Of a stretch of DNA of 64,000 nt, positions 9,511 through 19,210 are shown in pieces. The position numbers were made by a program, and so were the translations under genes. The stretch spans positions 143,990 to 207,989 of the forward strand of contig NZ_WASO01000009.1 of assembly GCF_009712605.1 (NCBI RefSeq). The letters run 5' to 3'. Below the pieces are notes generated by a model. It was not told the DNA's origin. It did not search any database and was given only the letters and a program-made list of their open reading frames with translations. Source of the stretch: Paludibacter sp. GTDB taxonomy: Bacteria > Bacteroidota > Bacteroidia > Bacteroidales > Paludibacteraceae. Each line of letters opens with the position of its first letter. Position 1 is the stretch's first letter.

Positions 9511-10931
9511 TGCATGCACTAAAAAAAACCGGAATATTCCTCTTTGTTCTGTCCGTTTTTCTCACATACTGTCCCCAGACCCGTGCGCAAGGCAACACCT
9601 TATATTACATGGAAAACGTACCGTTCCGCAACTCGCTCAATCCGGCATTTGTACCGACACAAACCTGGTATCTGGATCTGCCTTTGCTCTCAAACATTAA
9701 TATTTGGGCAGGTAACAATTCGGTTTCTGCTGCAGATCTGTTTTTTAAGCAAAACGGAAAACTGATTACACCTTTTCATCCCGACGCAGACAGAGATGCT
9801 TTTTTGAAAGTGCTTCAACCCACCACTGACATTAACCTGAATTACGATCAACAATTGCTGGGCTTCGGCTTCAAAGCGCACAAAAATTATTTCACTTTTG
9901 GTGTCAATCAACGAATCGAAAGTTCGATAGGCATTCCCAAAGATTTACTAAAACTATTATTGAAAGGCACGCCCGACTCAACCGGAGTCAACAATTTCAA
10001 TTTCCAGTCGCTACGGGCAAACGTGACAGCTTATCTTGAAACTTCAGTAGGATTCACTCGTTCTGTCAACAACAAACTGACCATTGGAGGCAAAGTAAAA
10101 TTCCTTCTGGGAGAAGCTCATGCTGACTCCAAATTCAGCAACCTGAATTTACGGGTAGACAAACAAGCGGCAATACTCACGGGGAACGGTTATGGAAGGA
10201 TTACAGCACCATACGATATTTCTCAAAACGCAGACGGCACTCCCAAAGAATTACTAACAAAAGAAGCATTGCAAATGCCCATTGGATGGGGTTTGGCCAC
10301 CGATTTGGGAGTTGTGTATAAATTACAGGATAACTTCACACTTTCTGCATCTCTTTCCGACCTTGGTTTTATTCGCTGGAAAAAGACCAGCTGGAAAGCA
10401 GATATGACCTACAAAGCCACTTTTACCGGAATGGATTTTAAAATCAATGGAGACAACAATGACTATGGCACACAAATGAGTGATTCGCTCAAAAATGCCT
10501 TTACCTATTCAGGAAACGGAGCCGGATACACCACTTATCTGACAGCAAAAGCTCGCCTGGGAGCCGAATATGGTTTAGTGAAAAACAAGATCAGTCTCGG
10601 GCTTCTATGGGAAAACACCCTCGGCGGCAACTACAAATACTCTGAATTAACAGGCTCTGTCAATTTCCGACCGTTTTACTTCTTCAACACATCATTTAGC
10701 TATGGAGCTATTAACGGACGATTAGGCACCTTTGGAGTGGGGGTAAACCTGATTGGAGGTCCATTCAACTTATACTTTGCCAGCGATTATGTGCCTGCCT
10801 ATTTTACAAAAGACGGCATCCCGTACAATTCGAAATATTTTGATGCTCACATCGGATTGGTGCTTACTTTCGGACACGGGAAAAAGTCGAAAAAAGAGAA
10901 AATTTACGATCAAATCATTGATGTACGCTAA
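9511..10931 (+). CDS. Putative outer-membrane beta-barrel protein
   Basis: A signal peptide is followed by alternating hydrophobic/aromatic beta-strand-like segments and a C-terminal aromatic residue pattern. The gene is paired with the upstream lipoprotein. The start is set at MHALKK to avoid overlap. Confidence 0.4.
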
Positions 10932-11002
10932 AGTTCCCAATTTCCTCACAAAGACGTGTAAATTAGACATTGCATCGATTAAGTGTATATAAATCTCAAT
11001 TA

Positions 11003-11125
11003 TTGACCTCTCCTCCCAACCTCCTCCCCAAGGGAAGGAGGAGCAAGATAGTGAAATATTTAGAATTCAATTCATTTTGCAGATTTTCCCCCTCTCTTCG
11101 GGAGAGGGGTTAGGGGAGAGGTCAA
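11003..11125. repeat. GC-rich palindromic MITE-like element with 11-bp perfect terminal inverted repeats and two internal hairpins. It lies between convergent genes.
   Basis: TTGACCTCTCC at 11003-11013 pairs with GGAGAGGTCAA at 11115-11125. Internal stems are CTCCTCC/GGAGGAG at 11021-11043 and CCCCTCTC/GAGAGGGG at 11089-11109. Its GC-rich composition contrasts with the flanking sequence. Confidence 0.45.
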
Positions 11126-11225
11126 ATGCAAAAATCAAGAAATGAATTAACTGGTATAATGTCTATTATAAAGATGAATAACAAAAGAGCTGGAAAATCA
11201 ATTGAATTTTCCGGCTCTTTGTAGT

Positions 11226-12134
11226 TTAGAATATCTTGCGATAGATATGGCAATAAGGCGTTGTTCCCTTATGGTCGTAGTAGTCCTGGTGGTAATCCTC
11301 GGCCGGCCAAAAAGGTTCCGCAGGACGCAACGAGGTTGCCACTTTATACCCTTTTTCATTCAATATCCGGATATATTTTTCAGCAATGGCTTTTTGCTCT
11401 TCATTGGCATAAAAGATAGCCGAAAGATACTGCGACCCAATATCGGGACCCTGACCGTTGGTTTGTGTGAAATCGTGTGTTTCAAAGAATAGCTTCACCA
11501 GTTCTTCGTAACTGGTTTGCTGCGGATCGAAAACAACTTCGGTCGTCTCCAGATGCCCAGTTTCGCCGGTGCATACCTGTTTATAACTTGGATGATCGAC
11601 ATGGCCACCCATAAAACCAACCGTAGTTTCCATCACTCCCTTTGCTTTGCTAAAATGATACTCTGTGCCCCAGAAACAACCGGAGGCAAACCAGGCTTTC
11701 TGAAACGCCTGTTTATCGTCTGGAATAAAATTCATAGAAATAGAGTTAACGCAATGACGTGTATTTTTGGAAGTAAAACCCTCACCGAGAAAAACATGAC
11801 CGAGATGCGCTCCGCATTTGGCACAGGTTATTTCAGTACGTTGCCCATCGGCATCAGGTATACGCAGAACAGCTCCGGGAATCTCATCATCAAAACTGGG
11901 CCATCCGCAATGCGACTCAAACTTACTTTCTGACCGGTAAAGCGGAGCTCCGCATTGTTTGCACACATAAGTACCTTTCGCCTTCACATTCAATAATTTG
12001 CCCGTAAACGGGCGTTCCGTTCCCTTATGAAGAATTACATATTGTTCTTCCGGGGTCAAATCTTTATGTTGCATAACTGAAGATTGTAACAGTAAACTAA
12101 TCAAAATGAATAATATAGTTCTCATACCAAACAA
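11226..12134 (-). CDS. msrAB: Bifunctional peptide methionine sulfoxide reductase MsrB-MsrA with signal peptide
   Basis: The N-terminal half has CGWPSF and HLGHVF, which are MsrB motifs. The C-terminal half has GCFWGTE and the MsrA fold motifs. Confidence 0.8.
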   Translation of the reverse strand: MFGMRTILFILISLLLQSSVMQHKDLTPEEQYVILHKGTERPFTGKLLNVKAKGTYVCKQCGAPLYRSESKFESHCGWPSFDDEIPGAVLRIPDADGQRTEITCAKCGAHLGHVFLGEGFTSKNTRHCVNSISMNFIPDDKQAFQKAWFASGCFWGTEYHFSKAKGVMETTVGFMGGHVDHPSYKQVCTGETGHLETTEVVFDPQQTSYEELVKLFFETHDFTQTNGQGPDIGSQYLSAIFYANEEQKAIAEKYIRILNEKGYKVATSLRPAEPFWPAEDYHQDYYDHKGTTPYCHIYRKIF

Positions 12135-12615
12135 GTATTAAAGTAAAACACTCCCATAAAACATGTTTCGTAAAAGGGCTACAAATATACCATCACGGCA
12201 TAAGCGATTCCAAAAAATCAACTACAATAAAGCATAAATAACAGGAGAGATCACCTCACAGAATTTTCCTTCTTTCAAACCAAAAATAAGTCATTGGCCA
12301 CAATCAGCGCAAGAAGAAAGACGTAATTTTAATTTAATATCTGTTAAAGTTTTCCCGTAAAAATCGTTCTTTACCTTTCCAAAAGACTATATTTGCACAA
12401 CAAAACATATTAGACAATACTTAATTTAAGTAATTACAAACGAATTTAGATAAACAATTCATACACCATACAGCATAAACTACAGTTTAAATGCAGATAA
12501 CTCTAATAGACAAACTAATCTGACTCCTTCATCAAAATACTAATTCATAAATAATACTCTTTTAAAACCGTATCCGAAGCGTACGACAAAACTAATCACA
12601 TAACAACAATCAAAC

Positions 12616-13518
12616 ATGTATAATCTAAATAGCATTCCAATTGTCAAATATGATAATTTCTTAAAATCAAAACATATAACATGGAGTAGTGTTGGAGGTC
12701 GAGTTGAAGATTATCCGCAATATGACTTTGGAGACAGTATTATATGCAATTTTGATGAGAGGTTCAATTTGATTTTTTCTTTTAGATACTATGACAATAA
12801 AATATATTTGGTTCTGAAATTCAAGCCAAAGGATTACAAACTAAATATCAATGACAGTGTAAATTTTCTTTTTGAAAATGACACACTATTAAATTACACA
12901 ATATCTAATGAGCCTTATAAAGGAGGAGTATATTACGAGTCTGATGGCTCCAAATCTACATTTGTCAATTATTTTGAAACACTAATACAAATTAGCATGT
13001 CTGATTTAGAGATATTTTCAACTTATAAATTGTGTAATTATGCTCTCAATCTAAAATCATACAAGCTCATTGGAGGAAATAGAGAAAATGGCGCTTTTTG
13101 GCATGCAGGACGTAACTATAACAGCAATGATCCTATTAAAAGTAAAGCTGTATTTCAAGAAGCATTAAGACTATTTGCCTCAACATTTATAGATGTAATT
13201 AATCAAGAAGTACCAGATTATATTGAAACGACGATATCTTCCACTGATGAGACCTGCTATGTTTATCTTATGCATGATCTAAAAACCAATTTCTACAAAA
13301 TCGGTATTTCAAATAGTCCTTCATATAGAGAGAAAACATTGCAAAGCGAAAAACCGACAATTATTTTAATGCGTTGCAAGCGATTCCCCAAACGAAAAAT
13401 TGCCGAAATACTGGAAAAAACTTTGCACAGTACGTATAGTAACAAACGAATAAGAGGAGAATGGTTTTCTCTTGATACAGAAGACACAAATGACATTTCT
13501 CAAATTTTAAATGACTAA
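12616..13518 (+). CDS. Protein with a novel N-terminal domain (~215 aa) fused to a C-terminal T5orf172/GIY-YIG-type nuclease domain
   Basis: The C-terminal CYVYLMHDLKTNFYKIGISNSPSYREKTL...AEILEKTLHSTYSNKRIRGEWFSL matches the T5orf172 (MUG113) GIY-YIG pattern. The gene is strongly AT-rich. Confidence 0.55.
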   Translation: MYNLNSIPIVKYDNFLKSKHITWSSVGGRVEDYPQYDFGDSIICNFDERFNLIFSFRYYDNKIYLVLKFKPKDYKLNINDSVNFLFENDTLLNYTISNEPYKGGVYYESDGSKSTFVNYFETLIQISMSDLEIFSTYKLCNYALNLKSYKLIGGNRENGAFWHAGRNYNSNDPIKSKAVFQEALRLFASTFIDVINQEVPDYIETTISSTDETCYVYLMHDLKTNFYKIGISNSPSYREKTLQSEKPTIILMRCKRFPKRKIAEILEKTLHSTYSNKRIRGEWFSLDTEDTNDISQILND

Positions 13519-13879
13519 TAAAAAGCAGAATATGGAACTTAAAGATTTCATCAAAGAGACTTTAGCACAAATTACAAATGGTGTGGTTGAAGCACAAGAG
13601 CTAATTAAAAACACTGGTGCTTACATTAATCCAGAGGGTCGTCTCGAAGGCAATCAAGTTAGAACTGGTTTCGAAGGAGAATACAGATCTATTCAAAACG
13701 TAAAAATGAGTATTGCCGTCAAGGTTATCGAGAATACTCAAACAAAAGCAGCATTAGGAGTAGTCTCTGCATTTATAAATGCCGGAGCAGCAACCGCAAA
13801 CTCAGATTCCAACAGCGTAACGAACAGAATTGAATTTGAAATTCCTATTAGTCTACCAATTACGAATGTTACAAAATAA
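13511..13879 (+). CDS. Small trypco2-like protein, translationally coupled to the upstream gene
   Basis: The start overlaps the upstream stop, as ATGACTAA. MELKDFIKETLAQI ... IAVKVIENTQTKAALGVVSAFINAGAATANSDSNSVTNRIEFEIPISLP resembles the trypco2 consensus (L.DLI...L ... FWVV.LGAKG...ATHRVKLSL.P). Confidence 0.4.
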   Translation: MTNKKQNMELKDFIKETLAQITNGVVEAQELIKNTGAYINPEGRLEGNQVRTGFEGEYRSIQNVKMSIAVKVIENTQTKAALGVVSAFINAGAATANSDSNSVTNRIEFEIPISLPITNVTK

Positions 13880-13901
13880 GCACCATTGCTGGTGCTCTTT
13901 T
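13880..13901 (+). terminator. Intrinsic terminator after the two-gene operon
   Basis: GCACCATTGCTGGTGC hairpin followed by TCTTTT. Confidence 0.5.
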
Positions 13902-13954
13902 GCAAAGCGAGCCCGAGTCATATACATAGCGAAGCATTAGTGAACAGTACCCTA

Positions 13955-14212
13955 ATCAGGGAAACGCCTGACAGCGTTTAGCTCTGTATTGCGAGTCTTC
14001 CACGCCCCGATGAATCGGGGCGTTATTATTGGACAACGGCTACGCCGTTTTGTATCTGCATAATGTATGAGCACACTAAAGACAAAAGAACAACACAAAG
14101 ACTGACAGACTAAACGCCATCAGGCGTTACCTGTGAATAACCTCCGGATTCATCCGGGGGAAAAGACAGCGAATAGAAGCGACTGAACGCTGTAGGCGTT
14201 CCCCTAAAACAA
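13955..14212. repeat. REP/BIME-like structured repeat block, copy 1, upstream of the RAYT gene
   Basis: It contains short palindromes AACGCCTGACAGCGTT, CGCCCCGATGAATCGGGGCG, AACGGCTACGCCGTT, AACGCCATCAGGCGTT, CCGGATTCATCCGG and AACGCTGTAGGCGTT. The whole block recurs at 14668-14900 at roughly 75-80% identity. Confidence 0.55.
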
Positions 14213-14218
14213 CCAACC

Positions 14219-14665
14219 ATGAACAGCTACCGGCAAATTCTCTATCACATTGTATTCTGCACTTATAACCACGAAAACGCTCTTCCGGAAACAATGCATG
14301 AAGACCTTTATCGTTACATTTGGGGCATCGTCAAAAAGCGAAATTGTGTCCTATATCGGGTTAATAGCACCGAAAACCATATTCATATTCTATCTGACCT
14401 CCATTCAAGTATCTCGCTGGCCGATTATATCAAAGAGATCAAAACTGCCACCAACCGATGGATAAAAGAGAGCAGACAGTGTCCCAGTTTCATCTCGTGG
14501 GCAGACGGATATTGCGCTCTGACGTATACCTATCGCGATAAAGAAATGATTCTGAATTACATCAAAAATCAGAAGGAGCACCACAAAAAAACCAATTTTG
14601 AGGATGAATACAAAGCACTCCTCAAAGAGTTTGGTATAGAAGCTGACGAGAAATATATCTTCTAA
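14219..14665 (+). mobile_element. IS200/IS605-like Y1 (HUH) transposase, REP-associated tyrosine transposase type (RAYT, tnpA_REP)
   Basis: The ORF is 148 aa. The HUH motif is NHIHILS, and a catalytic Tyr sits in the YIKNQKEHH context (Y..NQ). It is flanked by REP-like palindrome blocks rather than IS ends. Confidence 0.7.
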
Positions 14666-14667
14666 GT

Positions 14668-14900
14668 TCTCAGGGAAACACCTAACGGCGTTTTGATTCT
14701 TTATTCCGGCTCTCTTCCACCACGATAAATCGGGGCGTTATTCACAGGCAACGGCTATCGCCGTTTTATTAACCCATAGATAATGCAGGAACAAAAAAAC
14801 AATGCCATCAGGCATTGCCTGTGAATAACCCTAGGATTCATCCAGGGGAAAAGAACATGAGCAAGCGTGACACAACGCTGTAGGTGTTAACCTATCGGAT
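14668..14900. repeat. REP/BIME-like structured repeat block, copy 2, downstream of the RAYT gene
   Basis: It is a direct-orientation copy of 13955-14212. Stems are maintained by compensatory changes, for example AACGCCATCAGGCGTT becomes AATGCCATCAGGCATT, and AACGGCTACGCCGTT becomes AACGGCTATCGCCGTT. Confidence 0.55.
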
Positions 14901-14990
14901 ATCTGGTGACAACAGCACTTCTATAATACGATTGCAGTACGATTCCAGCACATTGTAGCCCAATTCCATCCGCTTTTGCCCAAAAAATTG

Positions 14991-14998
14991 TATCTTTG
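14991..14998 (+). promoter_or_regulatory. Putative sigma-A -7 box TATCTTTG upstream of lysS
   Basis: It matches the Bacteroidetes TAnnTTTG -7 consensus 31 bp before the lysS ATG. The -33 TTTG is poorly spaced. Confidence 0.3.
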
Positions 14999-15028
14999 CG
15001 CCACTAATATTGACTGACTTATAAACCT

Positions 15029-16753
15029 ATGGAACTTAGCGAACAAGAGCAACTGCGCCGTGAAAGCTTAAACGGACTGAGAGCTCTGGGAATAGAACCC
15101 TACCCCGCCGCAGCTTATCAGGTTACGGCTCTTTCGGATAACATCAAATCTACCTATCAGGATGATGCCCCCCAACGTGAAGTAACTATCGCCGGTCGTA
15201 TAATGAGCCGTCGTATAATGGGGAAAGCCTCATTTGTAGAGCTTCAGGACTCTGCCGGTCGCATCCAGATTTATATCACCCGCGACGACATCAGCACCGA
15301 CGAAGAGAAAACCATGTACAATGTTGTTTTCAAAAAACTGCTTGACATCGGCGACTTCATCGGCATCAAAGGGTATGTTTTCCGTACACAAATGGGCGAA
15401 ATTTCGGTTCATGCTCAGGAATTGACCGTATTGAGCAAATCGCTTCGTCCGCTTCCTATTGTTAAATACAAAGACGGCGTGGCTTACGATGCTTTCGAGG
15501 ATCCCGAGCAACGCTACCGTCAACGCTACGTCGACCTCGTGGTAAACGACGGCGTAAGAGATATTTTCATGAAGCGCACCAAGGTGTTCAACTCCATGCG
15601 TAACTTCTTCAACGAACAGGGTTACGTCGAAGTGGATACTCCTGTGCTTCAACCTATTCCGGGCGGTGCTTCGGCACGTCCATTCATTACACACCACAAC
15701 GCACTGGATATTCCATTGTACCTGCGTATTGCCAATGAACTCTATTTGAAACGCCTTATTGTAGGCGGTTTTGAAGGGGTGTACGAATTCTCTCGCAACT
15801 TCCGTAACGAAGGTATGGACCGTACACACAATCCTGAGTTTACGGCCATGGAAATCTATGTTTCCTACAAGGATTACAACTGGATGATGGACTTCACCGA
15901 AGCCATGATCGAAAAAGTATGTCTGGATGTGAATGGCACAACCGAAGTAAAGGTGGGCGACAAGACCATCAGCTTCCAACGTCCGTTCAAACGCATCACC
16001 ATGATCGACGCCATCAAAGAACATACCGGTATCGACATCAACGGAATGAACGAAGAACAACTGCGCGATGTTTGCAAGCAACTGGGTATCGAAGCCAACG
16101 ACACCATGGGTAAAGGCAAGCTGATCGACGAAATCTTCGGCGAAAAGTGCGAAGGCAACTACATTCAGCCGACCTTTATCACCGACTATCCAATCGAAAT
16201 GTCGCCACTCTGTAAACGTCACCGCAACAATCCGGAACTGACAGAACGTTTCGAATTGATGGTTAACGGCAAAGAGTTGGCTAATGCATATTCAGAGCTG
16301 AACGACCCGATCGATCAGCGTGCCCGTTTTGAAGAACAATTGCGTCTGAGCGAAAAAGGCGACGACGAAGCAATGTTCATCGATCAGGACTTTTTGCGCG
16401 CACTCGAATACGGTATGCCTCCAACATCGGGTATGGGTATCGGCATGGATCGTCTGGTAATGTTGATGACCAATCAGGTGGCTATTCAGGAAGTATTGCT
16501 CTTCCCGCAAATGCGCCCCGAAAAGGTGATCCGCAAAGACAGCGCCGAAACTTTCATGTCGGTCGGCATTCCCGAAGCATGGGTAGAAACTGTCAACAAA
16601 GCAGGTTTCGTCACCGTAGCATCATTGAAAGAGCAAAACCCGAACAAACTTCATCAGGATTTGTGCGGACTCAATAAAAAACTAAAATTAGGACTGACCA
16701 ACCCGACCAAAGACGACGTAACTTTGTGGGTTGAAAACGCTAATAACCGTTGA
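15029..16753 (+). CDS. lysS: Lysine--tRNA ligase (class II), with a Bacteroidetes-type C-terminal extension
   Basis: The N-terminal anticodon-binding OB-fold region and class II motifs are present, including [15 protein letters not shown] and [11 protein letters not shown]. Confidence 0.9.
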   Translation: MELSEQEQLRRESLNGLRALGIEPYPAAAYQVTALSDNIKSTYQDDAPQREVTIAGRIMSRRIMGKASFVELQDSAGRIQIYITRDDISTDEEKTMYNVVFKKLLDIGDFIGIKGYVFRTQMGEISVHAQELTVLSKSLRPLPIVKYKDGVAYDAFEDPEQRYRQRYVDLVVNDGVRDIFMKRTKVFNSMRNFFNEQGYVEVDTPVLQPIPGGASARPFITHHNALDIPLYLRIANELYLKRLIVGGFEGVYEFSRNFRNEGMDRTHNPEFTAMEIYVSYKDYNWMMDFTEAMIEKVCLDVNGTTEVKVGDKTISFQRPFKRITMIDAIKEHTGIDINGMNEEQLRDVCKQLGIEANDTMGKGKLIDEIFGEKCEGNYIQPTFITDYPIEMSPLCKRHRNNPELTERFELMVNGKELANAYSELNDPIDQRARFEEQLRLSEKGDDEAMFIDQDFLRALEYGMPPTSGMGIGMDRLVMLMTNQVAIQEVLLFPQMRPEKVIRKDSAETFMSVGIPEAWVETVNKAGFVTVASLKEQNPNKLHQDLCGLNKKLKLGLTNPTKDDVTLWVENANNR

Positions 16754-16754
16754 T

Positions 16755-17780
16755 ATGGCTACTGATAGTGAAAAACAGTGCTCCGAGTTTTCTCCCGGAC
16801 GAATTGCCGTCTGCGGAGGTGGAAGTTGGGCAACTGCCATAGCTAAAATTCTCTTAAGTTCTCAGGATAGCATCAATTGGTACATGCGTCGTCAGGATCA
16901 AATCGACGATTTTCTGAAATTGAGCAAGAACCCTTCATATCTGACAGGGCTCAAATTTGACACTGAACGCATCAACTTCACAAGCAAGATAAACGAAGTG
17001 GTAAAAAACTCGGACACGCTGATTTTTGCCACTCCGTCGCCATTTCTGAAGATGCACCTGAAAAAGTTGCGTCAGTCGTTGAAAACCAAGACCGTCGTTA
17101 CTGCTATCAAAGGAATTGTACCGGACGAAAACTTAATCGTCACCGACTATTTTCAACAGTTTCTGTCGGTTCCGAAGGATAATCTGGTAGTTCTTGCCGG
17201 TCCTTGTCATGCAGAAGAAGTCGCATTGGAACGTTTGTCATACCTGACAATCGCCTGTAGCAACCGCGAGAAAGCGCGCAAACTGGCCTGCGTATTTACC
17301 AACAACTACATCAAAACCAGCACAACAGACGACGTCACCGGCATTGAATATGCCTCGGTACTGAAAAACGTTTACTCCATTGCCGCCGGCATTTGCCACG
17401 GTTTGAAATATGGTGACAACTTTCAGGCTGTGCTTATTTCGAATGCTATTCAGGAAATGCAACGCTTTTGCAACGCAGTTCATCCTTTGCACCGAAGCAT
17501 CGACGAATCTGCATACCTTGGTGACCTGCTGGTAACAGCTTATTCCAAGTTCAGTCGCAATCGTACTTTCGGCACCATGATCGGGAAAGGATATTCGGTC
17601 AAAACCGCCCAACTCGAAATGGAAATGATTGCCGAAGGCTATTACGGCACAAAGTGTATCAAGGAAATCAACGAGTGTTACCACGTGAAGATGCCAATTA
17701 TGGATTTTGTCTATAACGTACTCTACAACAGAGCATCTCCCATATTACAGGTAAGAGCGCTCACTGAACTGATACGTTAA
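16755..17780 (+). CDS. gpsA: NAD(P)H-dependent glycerol-3-phosphate dehydrogenase
   Basis: IAVCGGGSWATAIAKIL is a Rossmann motif and GpsA fold motifs are present. The start at 16755 follows the lysS stop. Confidence 0.85.
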   Translation: MATDSEKQCSEFSPGRIAVCGGGSWATAIAKILLSSQDSINWYMRRQDQIDDFLKLSKNPSYLTGLKFDTERINFTSKINEVVKNSDTLIFATPSPFLKMHLKKLRQSLKTKTVVTAIKGIVPDENLIVTDYFQQFLSVPKDNLVVLAGPCHAEEVALERLSYLTIACSNREKARKLACVFTNNYIKTSTTDDVTGIEYASVLKNVYSIAAGICHGLKYGDNFQAVLISNAIQEMQRFCNAVHPLHRSIDESAYLGDLLVTAYSKFSRNRTFGTMIGKGYSVKTAQLEMEMIAEGYYGTKCIKEINECYHVKMPIMDFVYNVLYNRASPILQVRALTELIR

Positions 17781-17821
17781 TTCATTTTGCACACATCAAT
17801 TTCAAATAACACACATCAAAA

Positions 17822-19165
17822 ATGAGAACCATCAGCATTAACATTGACAAAACCTTTGGATTTATTTCCAAAGAAGCTGTTTCGGGCTACGAAGCAGCAG
17901 TAAAAGCAAGCAATGCTGCTTTACACGCCGGAACCGGCAAAGGAAATGACTTCCTGGGTTGGCTCAACCTACCCTCGTCAACAACAGCAGAACATCTGGC
18001 CGACATCGAAGCTACAGCCAAAATCCTGATCGACAACTGCGAAGTAGTGGTTGTGGTTGGTATCGGCGGCAGCTACCTCGGTGCAAAAGCAGTAATCAAC
18101 GCTCTTTCCAACAGCTTCGACTGGTTACAAACCGAACGTAAATATCCTGTAATCGTTTATGCCGGTCAGAATATCGGCGAAGATTACTTGTTCGAACTGC
18201 AATCTTTCCTGAAAACAAAAAAATTCGGTATCATTTCCATCTCAAAATCGGGAACAACTACCGAACCTGCATTGGCTTTCCGTCTGTTGAAATCACAGCT
18301 TGAAGCTCAACAAGGCAAAGAAGCTGCAAAAAAACTGATCGTTGCAATCACAGATAAAGCCCGTGGAGCTCTGCGTACATTAGCTACTCAGGAAGGTTAC
18401 AAAACATTCGTCATCGAAGATAACATTGGTGGTCGTTACTCATTCCTGACTCCGGTTGGTTTGTTGCCAATCGCCACTGCTGGTTTCGACATCAAACAAT
18501 TGGTTGCCGGTGCTGCCGATATGGAAAAAATTGCCGGTTTGGAAACTCCGTTTGCAGAAAACCCTGCTGCCATCTACGCTGCAACACGTAACGAACTCTA
18601 CAAAAGCGGCAAAAAGATCGAAATTCTGGTGAACTTCCATCCGAAACTTCACTTTGTTGCCGAATGGTGGAAACAGCTTTATGGTGAAAGCGAAGGTAAA
18701 GAAAACAAAGGTATTTTCCCTGCTGCCGTCGACTTCACTACCGACCTTCACTCTATGGGTCAATGGATTCAGGAAGGCGAACGCACTATTTTCGAAACTG
18801 TCATCTCAGTAAAAGAAGCTAACCATAGCGTTAGTGTTCCTTCTGATGAAGCAAACCTCGACGGACTGAATTTCCTTGCCGGAAAACGCGTTGACGAAGT
18901 AAACAAAATGGCTGAACTGGGCACCATGCTGGCTCACGTTGACGGTGGCGTTCCCAACATCAAAATCGAATTGCCTAAACTGGACGAATACAACCTCGGC
19001 CAATTGCTTTATTTCTTCGAAAAAGCATGTGGTATCAGCGGTTACGTTCTCGGCGTGAATCCTTTCGACCAACCGGGCGTTGAAGCATACAAAAAGAACA
19101 TGTTTGCTCTGCTCGACAAACCAGGCTACGAAGCCGAAAGCAAAGCTATTAAAGCGAAACTTTAA
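17822..19165 (+). CDS. pgi: Glucose-6-phosphate isomerase
   Basis: [13 protein letters not shown] and SKSGTTTE are PGI sugar-isomerase motifs. Confidence 0.9.
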   Translation: MRTISINIDKTFGFISKEAVSGYEAAVKASNAALHAGTGKGNDFLGWLNLPSSTTAEHLADIEATAKILIDNCEVVVVVGIGGSYLGAKAVINALSNSFDWLQTERKYPVIVYAGQNIGEDYLFELQSFLKTKKFGIISISKSGTTTEPALAFRLLKSQLEAQQGKEAAKKLIVAITDKARGALRTLATQEGYKTFVIEDNIGGRYSFLTPVGLLPIATAGFDIKQLVAGAADMEKIAGLETPFAENPAAIYAATRNELYKSGKKIEILVNFHPKLHFVAEWWKQLYGESEGKENKGIFPAAVDFTTDLHSMGQWIQEGERTIFETVISVKEANHSVSVPSDEANLDGLNFLAGKRVDEVNKMAELGTMLAHVDGGVPNIKIELPKLDEYNLGQLLYFFEKACGISGYVLGVNPFDQPGVEAYKKNMFALLDKPGYEAESKAIKAKL

Positions 19166-19210
19166 TTCAGAATAAAGAGCAAAGAACAAAGAGTAAAGAT
19201 CTAAAACCAC

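Noticed and set aside
11003-11125. CCTCC/GGAGG-rich element as a possible rRNA fragment or ribosome-binding decoy
   Set aside because: There is no similarity to a 16S 3' end beyond the trivial CCTCC. Terminal inverted repeats and hairpins fit a MITE/terminator better.
13955-14900. Repeated palindromic sequence flanking a small gene, considered as a possible CRISPR array
   Set aside because: Only two copies are present. The units are ~250 bp, far too long, and are themselves composites of different hairpins. There are no spacer-like unique segments between short identical repeats. The pattern fits REP/BIME plus RAYT instead.
15230-16222. 330-aa minus-strand ORF (plus two nested minus-strand ORFs and a plus-strand 64-aa out-of-frame ORF at 15919-16113)
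   Set aside because: The 330-aa ORF is entirely antisense to lysS, which has unambiguous class II aaRS motifs, and has no recognisable domain. The nested ORFs are likewise antisense and the 64-aa plus-strand ORF is out of frame. All are open frames inside or opposite a real gene.
16731-16754. Upstream ATG start for gpsA overlapping the lysS 3' end
   Set aside because: The ATG at 16755, immediately after the lysS stop, gives a conventional GpsA N-terminus. The upstream extension is unnecessary.
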